A stretch of 64,000 nucleotides of DNA, taken from contig CANUCM010000067.1 of the NCBI GenBank assembly GCA_947856675.1, forward strand, positions 8,864 through 72,863, read 5' to 3'. The stretch comes from an uncultured Clostridia bacterium. Lineage in GTDB: Bacteria; Bacillota; Clostridia; Oscillospirales; Butyricicoccaceae. A program made the translations under genes and the position numbers. Shown here piece by piece: positions 28,015-39,063 of the stretch (its first letter is position 1; every line of letters begins with the position of its first letter). The notes beneath the pieces were generated by a model. That model was not told where the DNA came from, ran no database searches, and saw only the letters and a program-made list of their open reading frames with translations.

Positions 28015-28037
28015 CACTATCCTTTGTGGTGTAACAA
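28009..28037 (-). promoter_or_regulatory. sigma-A-type promoter of gap
   Basis: On the minus strand: TTGTTA (28037-28032), 17-nt spacer, TATAAT (28014-28009). Confidence 0.5.
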
Positions 28038-28078
28038 GCCGTTTAATCCATAAATTCTGTGCGCCTTCTAAAATTTAT

Positions 28079-28107
28079 TTGTCATAAAGATAAAAATACT
28101 GTATGAT
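28079..28107 (+). promoter_or_regulatory. candidate sigma-A-type promoter of the kinase-like gene
   Basis: TTGTCA (28079-28084), 17-nt spacer, TATGAT (28102-28107). Confidence 0.4.
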
Positions 28108-28155
28108 AAGAATAAATGTCGCAAAGGTTCGAACAATGTCGAAAGAGGTGACGGC

Positions 28156-29277
28156 ATGGGTGCCGAAAAAACATCTCCCCTGGCTTTCGGCCAGGTATAT
28201 GACCTTTTCCGGGGTGATGAGGACTTTTACTTTCTGTGTTCCGCCTCAGGCCGCGTGCTGTTTACCGCCGGCAGCCTGAAGCTGTTTTTGGAAAATGATC
28301 TGACCGGCCGCAATCTCAACGATTTTTTGTCGGATACGCTGGCGGCCAACATTATTGCCGCCGCTTTTCAAAAAGAATATTATGAGTTTCAGTGTGAACT
28401 GTTCGGAAAAAACTTCCGCGGGGCAGCCGAACCGTCTGACGGGTATATTGTCGTCATACTTTTCCCCGTCAGTGAAGACGGAAAAGCTTTTATCCGCAAA
28501 AACTCCGCGCAGTTTATCAGCCGCGAAATTTCCGACCAGCTCAGCCTGATGTCTGCGGCTGTCAGCCTTCTGCGCAAGGAGGCGTCCCAGCTGAGCGAAG
28601 CCAAAAAAATGGATGCGCCGATTTCCGTAATCAGCCAGAGCATTATGCGGCTGCTCCGGCTGTCCCGCAACATGCTCGACTGCGCCCTGTATGAAAACGG
28701 GTCGCTCCCTCTGTATCTGCACGAAGGGGATCTGCGCGCCTTTTGCGCCGATCTTGCCAGCCGCCTTCATCCGATATGCCGCAAAGCGGAAATCAATCTT
28801 GAGTGGAATCTCCCCAAAGAGCCTGTTGTCTGCCTGTTTGACGAGGAAAAGGTCGAGCGGATGATTCTCAATCTGATTTCCAATGCCGTACGGGCCGGAA
28901 AAAACGCACCCATTCTCATTGAGCTTTCCGATCGGGGCAGCAGTGTGGCCATTACGGTCACCGATCGCGGCGGCGGGATTTCCGGAGAATCCATGAGCAC
29001 CGCAATGAACAAGCATGCCCGGGCATCGGCCGATCACGGCTCGTCTTCAGGCGGTGCGGGATTTGGGCTTGCTTTGCTGCGCGCATTTGCCGCGCGCCAC
29101 GGCGGCACTTTGATTCTAAGCAGCAATGCCGGCGGCACGTCGGCCTGCATTTCACTGCCCAAAAACCTCGAACAGGAACGAACAGCTTTCAATGCTGTTC
29201 ACTTAGACTATGCCGGGGGCTTCGACCATATTCTTTTGGAGCTTTCCGGCGTACTGGGCAAAGAGTTTTACCGGTAA
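28156..29277 (+). CDS. cytoplasmic histidine-kinase-like protein (PAS-like N-terminus, HATPase_c) lacking the conserved phospho-acceptor His
   Basis: 373 aa with no TM segment. The N box (LISNAVRAG), G1 (DRGGGI) and G2 (GAGFGLALL) are intact. The H-box position reads FISREISDQLS (28513-28545), and residues 110-190 contain no His. Confidence 0.7.
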   Translation: MGAEKTSPLAFGQVYDLFRGDEDFYFLCSASGRVLFTAGSLKLFLENDLTGRNLNDFLSDTLAANIIAAAFQKEYYEFQCELFGKNFRGAAEPSDGYIVVILFPVSEDGKAFIRKNSAQFISREISDQLSLMSAAVSLLRKEASQLSEAKKMDAPISVISQSIMRLLRLSRNMLDCALYENGSLPLYLHEGDLRAFCADLASRLHPICRKAEINLEWNLPKEPVVCLFDEEKVERMILNLISNAVRAGKNAPILIELSDRGSSVAITVTDRGGGISGESMSTAMNKHARASADHGSSSGGAGFGLALLRAFAARHGGTLILSSNAGGTSACISLPKNLEQERTAFNAVHLDYAGGFDHILLELSGVLGKEFYR

Positions 29278-29291
29278 TCCTCAGCATGGCA

Positions 29292-29325
29292 AAAAACGGG
29301 CCCGCCTGAAAGGCGGGCCCGTTTT
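29292..29325. terminator. bidirectional terminator
   Basis: Stem acgggcccgcc / ggcgggcccgt with a 5-nt loop, flanked by A6 and T4 runs, placed between convergent genes. Confidence 0.8.
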
Positions 29326-29334
29326 GTCATCTCA

Positions 29335-31551
29335 TCAGGCAAGAAGCTCTTTTGCCGCGCGGGCATTTTCTTTTTCCAGTGCCGCCAGTTTTGCAGACAC
29401 TGCTTCGCCGGCCTGCCGGCTGCTGCGTGAAATGGCGGCGTCTATCTCGTTGCACAGCCACTCCAAAGTCAGTGAGTGCAAGCCGCAGCAGGCGCTGCTG
29501 CCCACATACTCCATAAAGCCATTGACTTTGATATCATAAGAGGTGGCAATAAAGGGAACGCCGGCCGCAGCCGAAAAAACCAGCGCGTGCAGGCGCATGG
29601 CGCACACCGCCTGCATTTTTTTCATCAGGGCGATGGTCAGCCCCACATCCTGACCGGTTTCCAGGATATAATGCGGAGAATGCATGGCCTGCGCAGCGCG
29701 GCGGGAAGGTTCCAGATCTTTCGGCAGCTCAATGGGCAGGAAAATTGTCGTCATGCCATATTTGTCATAGGCATAATCGCCGGCTTTTGCAAAAATTTCA
29801 AAGCGATCAAAATCCATCCAGGGCCTGAGGGAAAAACAGAGATATTTGCCATGTTCTGAAATCCCGCAGAGCCGGAAAAACTCGTCGGCTTCCTGTTCGT
29901 CGGCAGGGGAGAGGCTCATAGCCGGATCGGCGGCCATGCGAATATCGGGGCGGGTGATGCCCATTTCACTCAGCTCTCTTTTGGAAACGGCATCGCGAAG
30001 GGTGATGATCTCTGCATTGGCGTTGAGAATCCGGGCGGCCAGACGGCGGTTGCGTTTATGCTGTACATGCCCGATCCCGCACCCGTACATTAAAACCCGA
30101 CAGCCGAGATGCCGCGCAGCCCATATGGTAAACAGGTAAAAATACAGCGAACGGCTGGAAGTAATGTCCTGTATCAGGCTTCCGCCGCCGTTGATGAACA
30201 GCCGTGTTTTGCGCATACACCGGAGGAAGGCGGGAAATCGAAAGGTATACACGGCACGGACCCCGTGCAGAGCCTCGGTTTCCTGCGGCTTGCGGGTCAT
30301 GACGGTCAGCGGCATCAGCGGGTCAATGCTTCGCATGGCGGCGATAATGGCCTTCAAAATCGCTTCGTCACCGGCGTTCCCGCGGCCGTAAGCCCCGCAA
30401 ATCAGCACACCGTCACGCGGATTTTTCCGGCGGCGCTCTTCCTTGCTGCAGATGGTTTCATAAATCTCGTACTGACGGCGGGCCATGCCTTCCAGCGAGT
30501 AGGTTTCCGACGCCTTGTCATACAGCCGTTTGGCAAACAGCCGGCGTTTCTCCTCGTTCAGCGACAAATCTACAATGTATTTTGTAAAGGTTTCTACATC
30601 TTTTGGCTGAAAAATATAGCCGTCTTCACCGTGCGAAATCAACTTGCGCATGCCGCCGACATCGCTTGTAATGACTGCGCACCCTTCCCGAATCCCCTCC
30701 AGGATGGAATACGGGAAGGACTCTGAAATGGAGCACAGCACATCAATGTCGCACGCGGCAAAAAAGCGCGGCACATCGGAAACCCAGCCCAAAAAGCTCA
30801 CGCTGTCTGAAATCCCCAGCTGCTGTGCCAGCGCGACAAGCTTGTCCTTGTCTTCGCCGTCTCCTCCGATCAGCAGCTTGATGTGAGGATTCTGTTTTTT
30901 TGCCAGAGCAAACGCCTCAAGCAGGGTGGGCAAATCCTTGACCGGGTTTAACCGGGCCGGGATTCCGAGCACTACATCACCGGGATGGTAGTCAAGCCCT
31001 GCCGCCCGAAGGTATTCGGCTTTATCCACCGGCGGGGCTTTTTGAGAGAAGTCCAGGCCGTTGTAAATGGTCATAATGCGCAGCGGGGAAAACCCGCGCC
31101 CTATGAGCATCCGGCGGAATGTATCGGAAACGGTGACATAATAATCAAACAGGCGCAGCGCCGCCGCGTTCAGCCGTCCGATGGTATTGCGGCGCAAAAA
31201 GCTGTGCATATAGTCCAGCCGGTAGTCGCTGTGAACCGTCGTCACAATGGTTGCACCGCAAAACACCTTTAAAAATACGCCGCCGATGTTGGCTTTTGCG
31301 CCGTGGCAGTGGACAATGTCCGGCTTCCATTTGCGCGCATAGCGAACCAGACGAAAATAATCGCGCAGGACAAACCCGGAATATATGGTGGTCGTGTCAA
31401 TGCCGCACGCGGCTGCGTCATCGGAAAATTCCCCGGTTCGGAGGCTGAAAAGCCGAAGCTCATTGTTTTTTTTCAGCTGCGAGCACAGCGAAAGAATGTG
31501 CGGCTTTGCGCCGCCGCGATCCCCGCCGCCCGCAATGTGCATAATTTTCAT
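29335..31551 (-). CDS. fusion of a GT4 glycosyltransferase (N-terminal) and a CsaB-type polysaccharide pyruvyl transferase (C-terminal)
   Basis: The N-terminal roughly 370 aa form a GT4/GT-B fold (MKIMHIAGGGDRGG..., E..PYSILEG). The C-terminal roughly 350 aa have CsaB motifs (CGAYGRGNAGDEAIL, INGGGSLIQDITSSRSLYFY, YGCGIG). I prefer ATG 31551 over the track start at 31575. Confidence 0.8.
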   Translation of the reverse strand: MKIMHIAGGGDRGGAKPHILSLCSQLKKNNELRLFSLRTGEFSDDAAACGIDTTTIYSGFVLRDYFRLVRYARKWKPDIVHCHGAKANIGGVFLKVFCGATIVTTVHSDYRLDYMHSFLRRNTIGRLNAAALRLFDYYVTVSDTFRRMLIGRGFSPLRIMTIYNGLDFSQKAPPVDKAEYLRAAGLDYHPGDVVLGIPARLNPVKDLPTLLEAFALAKKQNPHIKLLIGGDGEDKDKLVALAQQLGISDSVSFLGWVSDVPRFFAACDIDVLCSISESFPYSILEGIREGCAVITSDVGGMRKLISHGEDGYIFQPKDVETFTKYIVDLSLNEEKRRLFAKRLYDKASETYSLEGMARRQYEIYETICSKEERRRKNPRDGVLICGAYGRGNAGDEAILKAIIAAMRSIDPLMPLTVMTRKPQETEALHGVRAVYTFRFPAFLRCMRKTRLFINGGGSLIQDITSSRSLYFYLFTIWAARHLGCRVLMYGCGIGHVQHKRNRRLAARILNANAEIITLRDAVSKRELSEMGITRPDIRMAADPAMSLSPADEQEADEFFRLCGISEHGKYLCFSLRPWMDFDRFEIFAKAGDYAYDKYGMTTIFLPIELPKDLEPSRRAAQAMHSPHYILETGQDVGLTIALMKKMQAVCAMRLHALVFSAAAGVPFIATSYDIKVNGFMEYVGSSACCGLHSLTLEWLCNEIDAAISRSSRQAGEAVSAKLAALEKENARAAKELLA

Positions 31552-31686
31552 CAAAAGACCCCGTTTCCTATACACTGGTCTGACATGGGTGCCGGTCTCT
31601 GCCGGGCTGTTATTACGATGGATTATTATTATATAATAAACACGCCGCAGCGGTCAACGTTTGAAAACTTTCGGGCGGCAAAGCGC

Positions 31687-31714
31687 TTGAACTTTCGCCG
31701 CCCTGTGATATAAT
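31687..31714 (+). promoter_or_regulatory. sigma-A-type promoter of the atp operon
   Basis: TTGAAC (31687-31692), 16-nt spacer, TATAAT (31709-31714). Confidence 0.5.
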
Positions 31715-31798
31715 AGACAAAGCGGTGTCGATTGGCAACAGATTCCCTGCGCGGAAAAATCCGCATGATTCCTGTGTAAAACGATTTCTGGAGGCTTC

Positions 31799-32050
31799 AT
31801 GAAAAAACAAAGCACCATGTTCCAGGTTTTGAGCGGCCTCAGCTATCTGACACAGGTAGGCCTTTCCGTTGCAACGCCTCTGGTTTTGTGCCTGCTGGGC
31901 GCATGGTGGCTGTACAACCGGTTGGGGGCAGGCTTGTGGGTTTTTCCGGCCGGTCTGCTGCTGGGGCTTGTCAGCGGCATCATCAGCTTGTGGAACTTTC
32001 TTCGCTATGTAAACAAAAAAGCTCATGACGACAGGGGGAAGCATCCATGA
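31799..32050 (+). CDS. atpZ: AtpZ/AtpI-family small membrane protein
   Basis: 83 aa with two TM helices. It is the first gene of the atp operon, and its stop overlaps the atpI start. Confidence 0.7.
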   Translation: MKKQSTMFQVLSGLSYLTQVGLSVATPLVLCLLGAWWLYNRLGAGLWVFPAGLLLGLVSGIISLWNFLRYVNKKAHDDRGKHP

Positions 32051-32484
32051 AAATCAGCCCGGTGGTCAAAAAAGAAACTGCCCGCATTGCGTTGGGAGTC
32101 TGTGTGCTCTCCGCAGTGATGCTGGGCATTTTTGCTTTGTGCGGCCGCTTTGATCTCACGGTTTTATGGGGTGCGCTGTTTGGCAGCGCCTACGCCATAA
32201 CGAACTTTTTCCTGATGGCTTATACCATTCAGCGAGCCACGGAATCCAAACATACGCAGGCCAAGGCAAAAATTCAAATCTCATATACCCTTCGCAACCT
32301 GCTGATGCTCGCTGTGGGAATTACCGGCATGATAGCTCCGTGCTTTCACTGGCTTGCCGTCATTTTGCCGTTTTTGTTTCCGCGCCTCTCCATTCATCTG
32401 ATGCATATACTGAAGCTGGAGAGCCGTCCTGTCAGCGCTGAAGCTGAAAATACAGCAAAGGGGAGGGAATATCAGGACGAATGA
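32047..32484 (+). CDS. atpI: ATP synthase protein I
   Basis: 145 aa, 4-TM protein located between atpZ and atpB. Confidence 0.7.
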   Translation: MKISPVVKKETARIALGVCVLSAVMLGIFALCGRFDLTVLWGALFGSAYAITNFFLMAYTIQRATESKHTQAKAKIQISYTLRNLLMLAVGITGMIAPCFHWLAVILPFLFPRLSIHLMHILKLESRPVSAEAENTAKGREYQDE

Positions 32485-33227
32485 ACGTAGAAATCAATGG
32501 CGCCCGAATCTTTTTTGAAATACCTGTCCTGGGCGGCATCCCCATTACCGCCACTATGGTGAATGCCTGGTGCATTATGGTGCTTATCATCGGGCTGTGT
32601 ATCTGGCTTACAAGGGATTTGAAAGTGCGGCCCACCGGAAAACGGCAGATTGTCGCAGAGTTTGTGGTGCAGACTGCGCAGAAGTTTGTCGTCGGGAACA
32701 TGGGAGAACGCTTCCGGAACATGGTTCCGTTTGTCTCGGCGATTTTCAGCATGTCGGTGCTGTGCAGCCTGTCCAGCCTTGTCGGCGCATTTCCTGCGAC
32801 AAGCGACCTGTCCACCGAGCTGGCCTGGGCTGTGGTTGTGTTTATCATGATCACGGGCACCAAAATCCGGACAGGCGGACTCGGCGGATATTTAAAAGGC
32901 TTTACACAGCCCATTTTTATCCTGACTCCGTTTAATATTCTCAGCGAACTGGCCACGCCGATTTCCATGTCGTTCCGTCATTTCGGCAATATTGTTTCCG
33001 GAAGCGTCATCACCTCGCTGGTGTATGCGGCACTGGCCGTTGCATCACACGCGCTGTTCGGCTGGCTGCCCGGCGCCCTGGGTGAGATTCTTGGTTCGAT
33101 TCCGTTTTTGCAGGTCGGTATCCCGGCCGTTCTCTCGGTGTACTTTGACCTTTTCTCCAGCTGTATGCAGGCATTTATTTTCTGCATGCTCACGATGCTT
33201 TATATCGCGAACGCAGCCGAAGAATAA
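32481..33227 (+). CDS. atpB: F0F1 ATP synthase subunit a
   Basis: 248 aa with the conserved Arg region LSFRHFGNI. Confidence 0.92.
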   Translation: MNVEINGARIFFEIPVLGGIPITATMVNAWCIMVLIIGLCIWLTRDLKVRPTGKRQIVAEFVVQTAQKFVVGNMGERFRNMVPFVSAIFSMSVLCSLSSLVGAFPATSDLSTELAWAVVVFIMITGTKIRTGGLGGYLKGFTQPIFILTPFNILSELATPISMSFRHFGNIVSGSVITSLVYAALAVASHALFGWLPGALGEILGSIPFLQVGIPAVLSVYFDLFSSCMQAFIFCMLTMLYIANAAEE

Positions 33228-33298
33228 TTATCTTTATTTTTGCGGCGTGTGCTGCAAAAATTGAAAATGAGTTTATTATTATTAACAGATTGCGTTAG

Positions 33299-33574
<276 letters not shown>

Positions 33575-33612
33575 TCCAAAGACCAGCATCCTGACCCAAA
33601 GGGGGGAATATT

Positions 33613-34119
33613 ATGGACAAATTCCAGTCGCTGGTCACTGTAATGCCGTGGACTTTTATTACAGCCATCTGCAACCTGTTTATTCTGGCCGCCGCATTAA
33701 AGCACTTTCTGTTCAAACCCGTACAGAATGTCTTAAACAAGCGCGCTCAGGAGGTGGAAACCACCTATCAGGAAGCGGAGCAGGCTCGCGAAAGCGCTCA
33801 GGCCATGCAGACGGAATACAAAGCCAAGCTGCAAAGCGCGTATGAAGAAGCCGGCAACATCGTCCGCACGGCCAGCGAACGAGCGGAAGCGCACAGCCAG
33901 GAGCTTTTGGAGCAAGCGCGGAACGAAGTGGCTGCCATGAAGCAGAAAGCTGAACGCGAAATTGCAGATGATCGCAAAAAAGCTGCCGGCGAACTGAAAA
34001 ATGATATTTCAGCTCTTGCCCTGGATATTGCCGGCAAAGTGGTTGAAAAGGAACTGGATGCCAAAGCTCACGACGAACTGATTCGCGAGTTTATTGACAA
34101 GGTCGGTGACGTTTCATGA
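33613..34119 (+). CDS. atpF: F0F1 ATP synthase subunit b
   Basis: 168 aa with an N-terminal TM helix and a long charged helix. Operon position supports the call. Confidence 0.88.
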   Translation: MDKFQSLVTVMPWTFITAICNLFILAAALKHFLFKPVQNVLNKRAQEVETTYQEAEQARESAQAMQTEYKAKLQSAYEEAGNIVRTASERAEAHSQELLEQARNEVAAMKQKAEREIADDRKKAAGELKNDISALALDIAGKVVEKELDAKAHDELIREFIDKVGDVS

Positions 34120-34646
34120 GTACGGCGGCAAAAGCCTATGGCGGTGCGCTGTACAGCCTTGCATGCGAGGAAGGCTGTACGGATGAAGTGCTGGCCGGTG
34201 TGGAACTCGCGGCTGAGCTGTTTGCGAACAACCCCCGTTATCTCAGCCTGATGAAAAACCCGTCTGTGAGCACCCGCGAGCATCTGGCCCTTTTGGACGA
34301 GGCCTTCCGCGGCAGCATCCATTCCTATGCTTTGAACTTTGTAAAAATTCTGTGTGAAAAGTACGCACTGGAGCTTCTCGGTTCCTGTATTGACGAGTAC
34401 AGGGCCCTTTTATACAAAGATCGCGGCATATTGCCCGTTACCGCCTACAGCGCCGTTCCTTTATCCGAAAGCCAGCAGGACGCCCTTACCCGGCGGCTCG
34501 GCGATACAACCGGGAAAACCATTATCCTGGAGTGCCGCATTGACACGTCGCTCATCGGCGGCATCAAGCTCTGCTATGACGGACAGCAGCTGGACGGATC
34601 CATTGCGGGCCGTCTTGCATCGCTGCGCCAGGCGCTGATGCAGTGA
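34116..34646 (+). CDS. atpH: F0F1 ATP synthase subunit delta
   Basis: 176 aa with an OSCP-like sequence. Operon position supports the call. Confidence 0.85.
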   Translation: MSTAAKAYGGALYSLACEEGCTDEVLAGVELAAELFANNPRYLSLMKNPSVSTREHLALLDEAFRGSIHSYALNFVKILCEKYALELLGSCIDEYRALLYKDRGILPVTAYSAVPLSESQQDALTRRLGDTTGKTIILECRIDTSLIGGIKLCYDGQQLDGSIAGRLASLRQALMQ

Positions 34647-36191
<1,545 letters not shown>

Positions 36192-36212
36192 CCAGGAAAG
36201 GAGGGCGCTTAA

Positions 36213-37067
36213 ATGGCAGGAGCCTCAATGAAAGAAATCAAGCTTCGGGTCAAAAGCGTGCAAAGCACCATGCAGATCACCAAAGCCATGGAGCTTGTCG
36301 CCTCCTCAAAGCTGCGCCGGGCGAAAGAAAATGCCGAACGGTGCCGTCCGTTTTTTGACATCCTGCATCAAACCCTGACAGATATTGCGCTGACCAACCG
36401 CGATTTCAGCTCTCCCTATCTGGTGCGCCGGCCTGTACAAAAATCCTGCTTTGTCGTCATCGCAGGTGACAGGGGGCTGGCCGGCGGCTACAACAGCAAT
36501 GTGTTCAAGCTGGCGGCTTCGCAAATGTCGGGGAAAGAGGCTGTGGTTTTGCCCATTGGCAAAAAAGCCGTCGAATATTTTTCGCGGCACGGCTTTAAGC
36601 TGCTTTCCACCCAATATGCCTCGGTGGAAGCCATTGACAATGCCGATTGCTCGGAAATCGCGCAGGTTCTCACCAAGGGCTATCGCCGCGGGGACTTCGA
36701 CGAGCTTTTCGTCATCTATACAAACTTTGTTTCCATGCTGGTGCAGGACCCTGCCGCAATGGAGATTCTGCCCATCCATGATGTGCGCAGCAGCCAGAGC
36801 GGCCAGAATGCGAGCGGCATGATCCTGTATGAGCCCTCATGCGAGGCCGTGTACAACTCCATCGTGCCGCAGTATACAGCGGGCATACTGTTTTGTGCTG
36901 TGGCCGAGTCCCTTGCTTCCGAGCTGGGCGCACGGCGTACCGCCATGGAATCCGCCAGCAAAAACGCAGGCGAAATGATTGAAGACCTCAATTTGCGCTA
37001 TAACCGCGCCCGTCAGGGTGCTATTACACAGGAAATCACCGAAATTGTTGCCGGAGCAGAACACTAA
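36213..37067 (+). CDS. atpG: F0F1 ATP synthase subunit gamma
   Basis: 284 aa with IKSVQSTMQITKAMELVA and a C-terminal ITQEITEIV. Confidence 0.92.
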   Translation: MAGASMKEIKLRVKSVQSTMQITKAMELVASSKLRRAKENAERCRPFFDILHQTLTDIALTNRDFSSPYLVRRPVQKSCFVVIAGDRGLAGGYNSNVFKLAASQMSGKEAVVLPIGKKAVEYFSRHGFKLLSTQYASVEAIDNADCSEIAQVLTKGYRRGDFDELFVIYTNFVSMLVQDPAAMEILPIHDVRSSQSGQNASGMILYEPSCEAVYNSIVPQYTAGILFCAVAESLASELGARRTAMESASKNAGEMIEDLNLRYNRARQGAITQEITEIVAGAEH

Positions 37068-37094
37068 AGCCGTTCAGCTTTACAGGCATTTTAA

Positions 37095-38501
<1,407 letters not shown>

Positions 38502-38539
38502 GCGGCTTGATGCGCCAGCCAGAGAGGATGTGAGCGGAT

Positions 38540-38944
38540 TTGGCGTTATTCCACCTGCAAATTGTCACGGCCGACGGACTGTTTTTTGATGACGAAGCAG
38601 AAAGCATTCTTGTGCGTACCATCGACGGCGACGTGTGCATTTTGGCCCGACATATAGACTATGTAACCGCGCTGGGAATGGGAGAAGCCCGCGTTACAGC
38701 TGGCGGCACAACGCGCCGCGCGGCCTGTATGGGCGGCATGCTGGCTGTGACAGGCGGCCAAGTGCGGGTCGTGGCTTCGACCTTTGAATGGAAGGAAGAT
38801 ATTGATACCGAGCGTGCACTGAATGCACAGCAGCGGGCCAGAAATGTGCTGGATTCCGCCGCTGCTTCCGATGAAGAAAAACAATTTGCCCAGGCCGCGC
38901 TGGAGCGTGCGGAAATCCGGCTTCGCGTCGCCGGGCAAAAATAA
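38540..38944 (+). CDS. atpC: F0F1 ATP synthase subunit epsilon
   Basis: 134 aa with a TTG start behind GAGAGGA. The N-terminus is the typical LQIVTADG. Confidence 0.85.
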   Translation: MALFHLQIVTADGLFFDDEAESILVRTIDGDVCILARHIDYVTALGMGEARVTAGGTTRRAACMGGMLAVTGGQVRVVASTFEWKEDIDTERALNAQQRARNVLDSAAASDEEKQFAQAALERAEIRLRVAGQK

Positions 38945-38955
38945 CTGCGCACCGC

Positions 38956-38994
38956 AAAAAAAGCGGCAGCTTCGAAAGAAGCTGCCGCTTTTTT
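38956..38994 (+). terminator. atp operon terminator
   Basis: 11-bp stem gcggcagcttc / gaagctgccgc with a GAAA loop and a T6 run. Confidence 0.85.
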
Positions 38995-38995
38995 G

Positions 38996-39024
38996 TCATA
39001 CCCGTGTCACTTACACAATACACA
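38996..39024 (+). promoter_or_regulatory. candidate sigma-E-type sporulation promoter
   Basis: TCATACC (38996-39002), 14-nt spacer, AATACACA (39017-39024). Compare the sigma-E consensus kmATATT-N14-CATACAhT. It lies upstream of the sipL-like/spoIVA genes. Confidence 0.35.
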
Positions 39025-39063
39025 TGGAGCAGGAAACCATATCAGCAAAGGAAGGGTTGTTTT

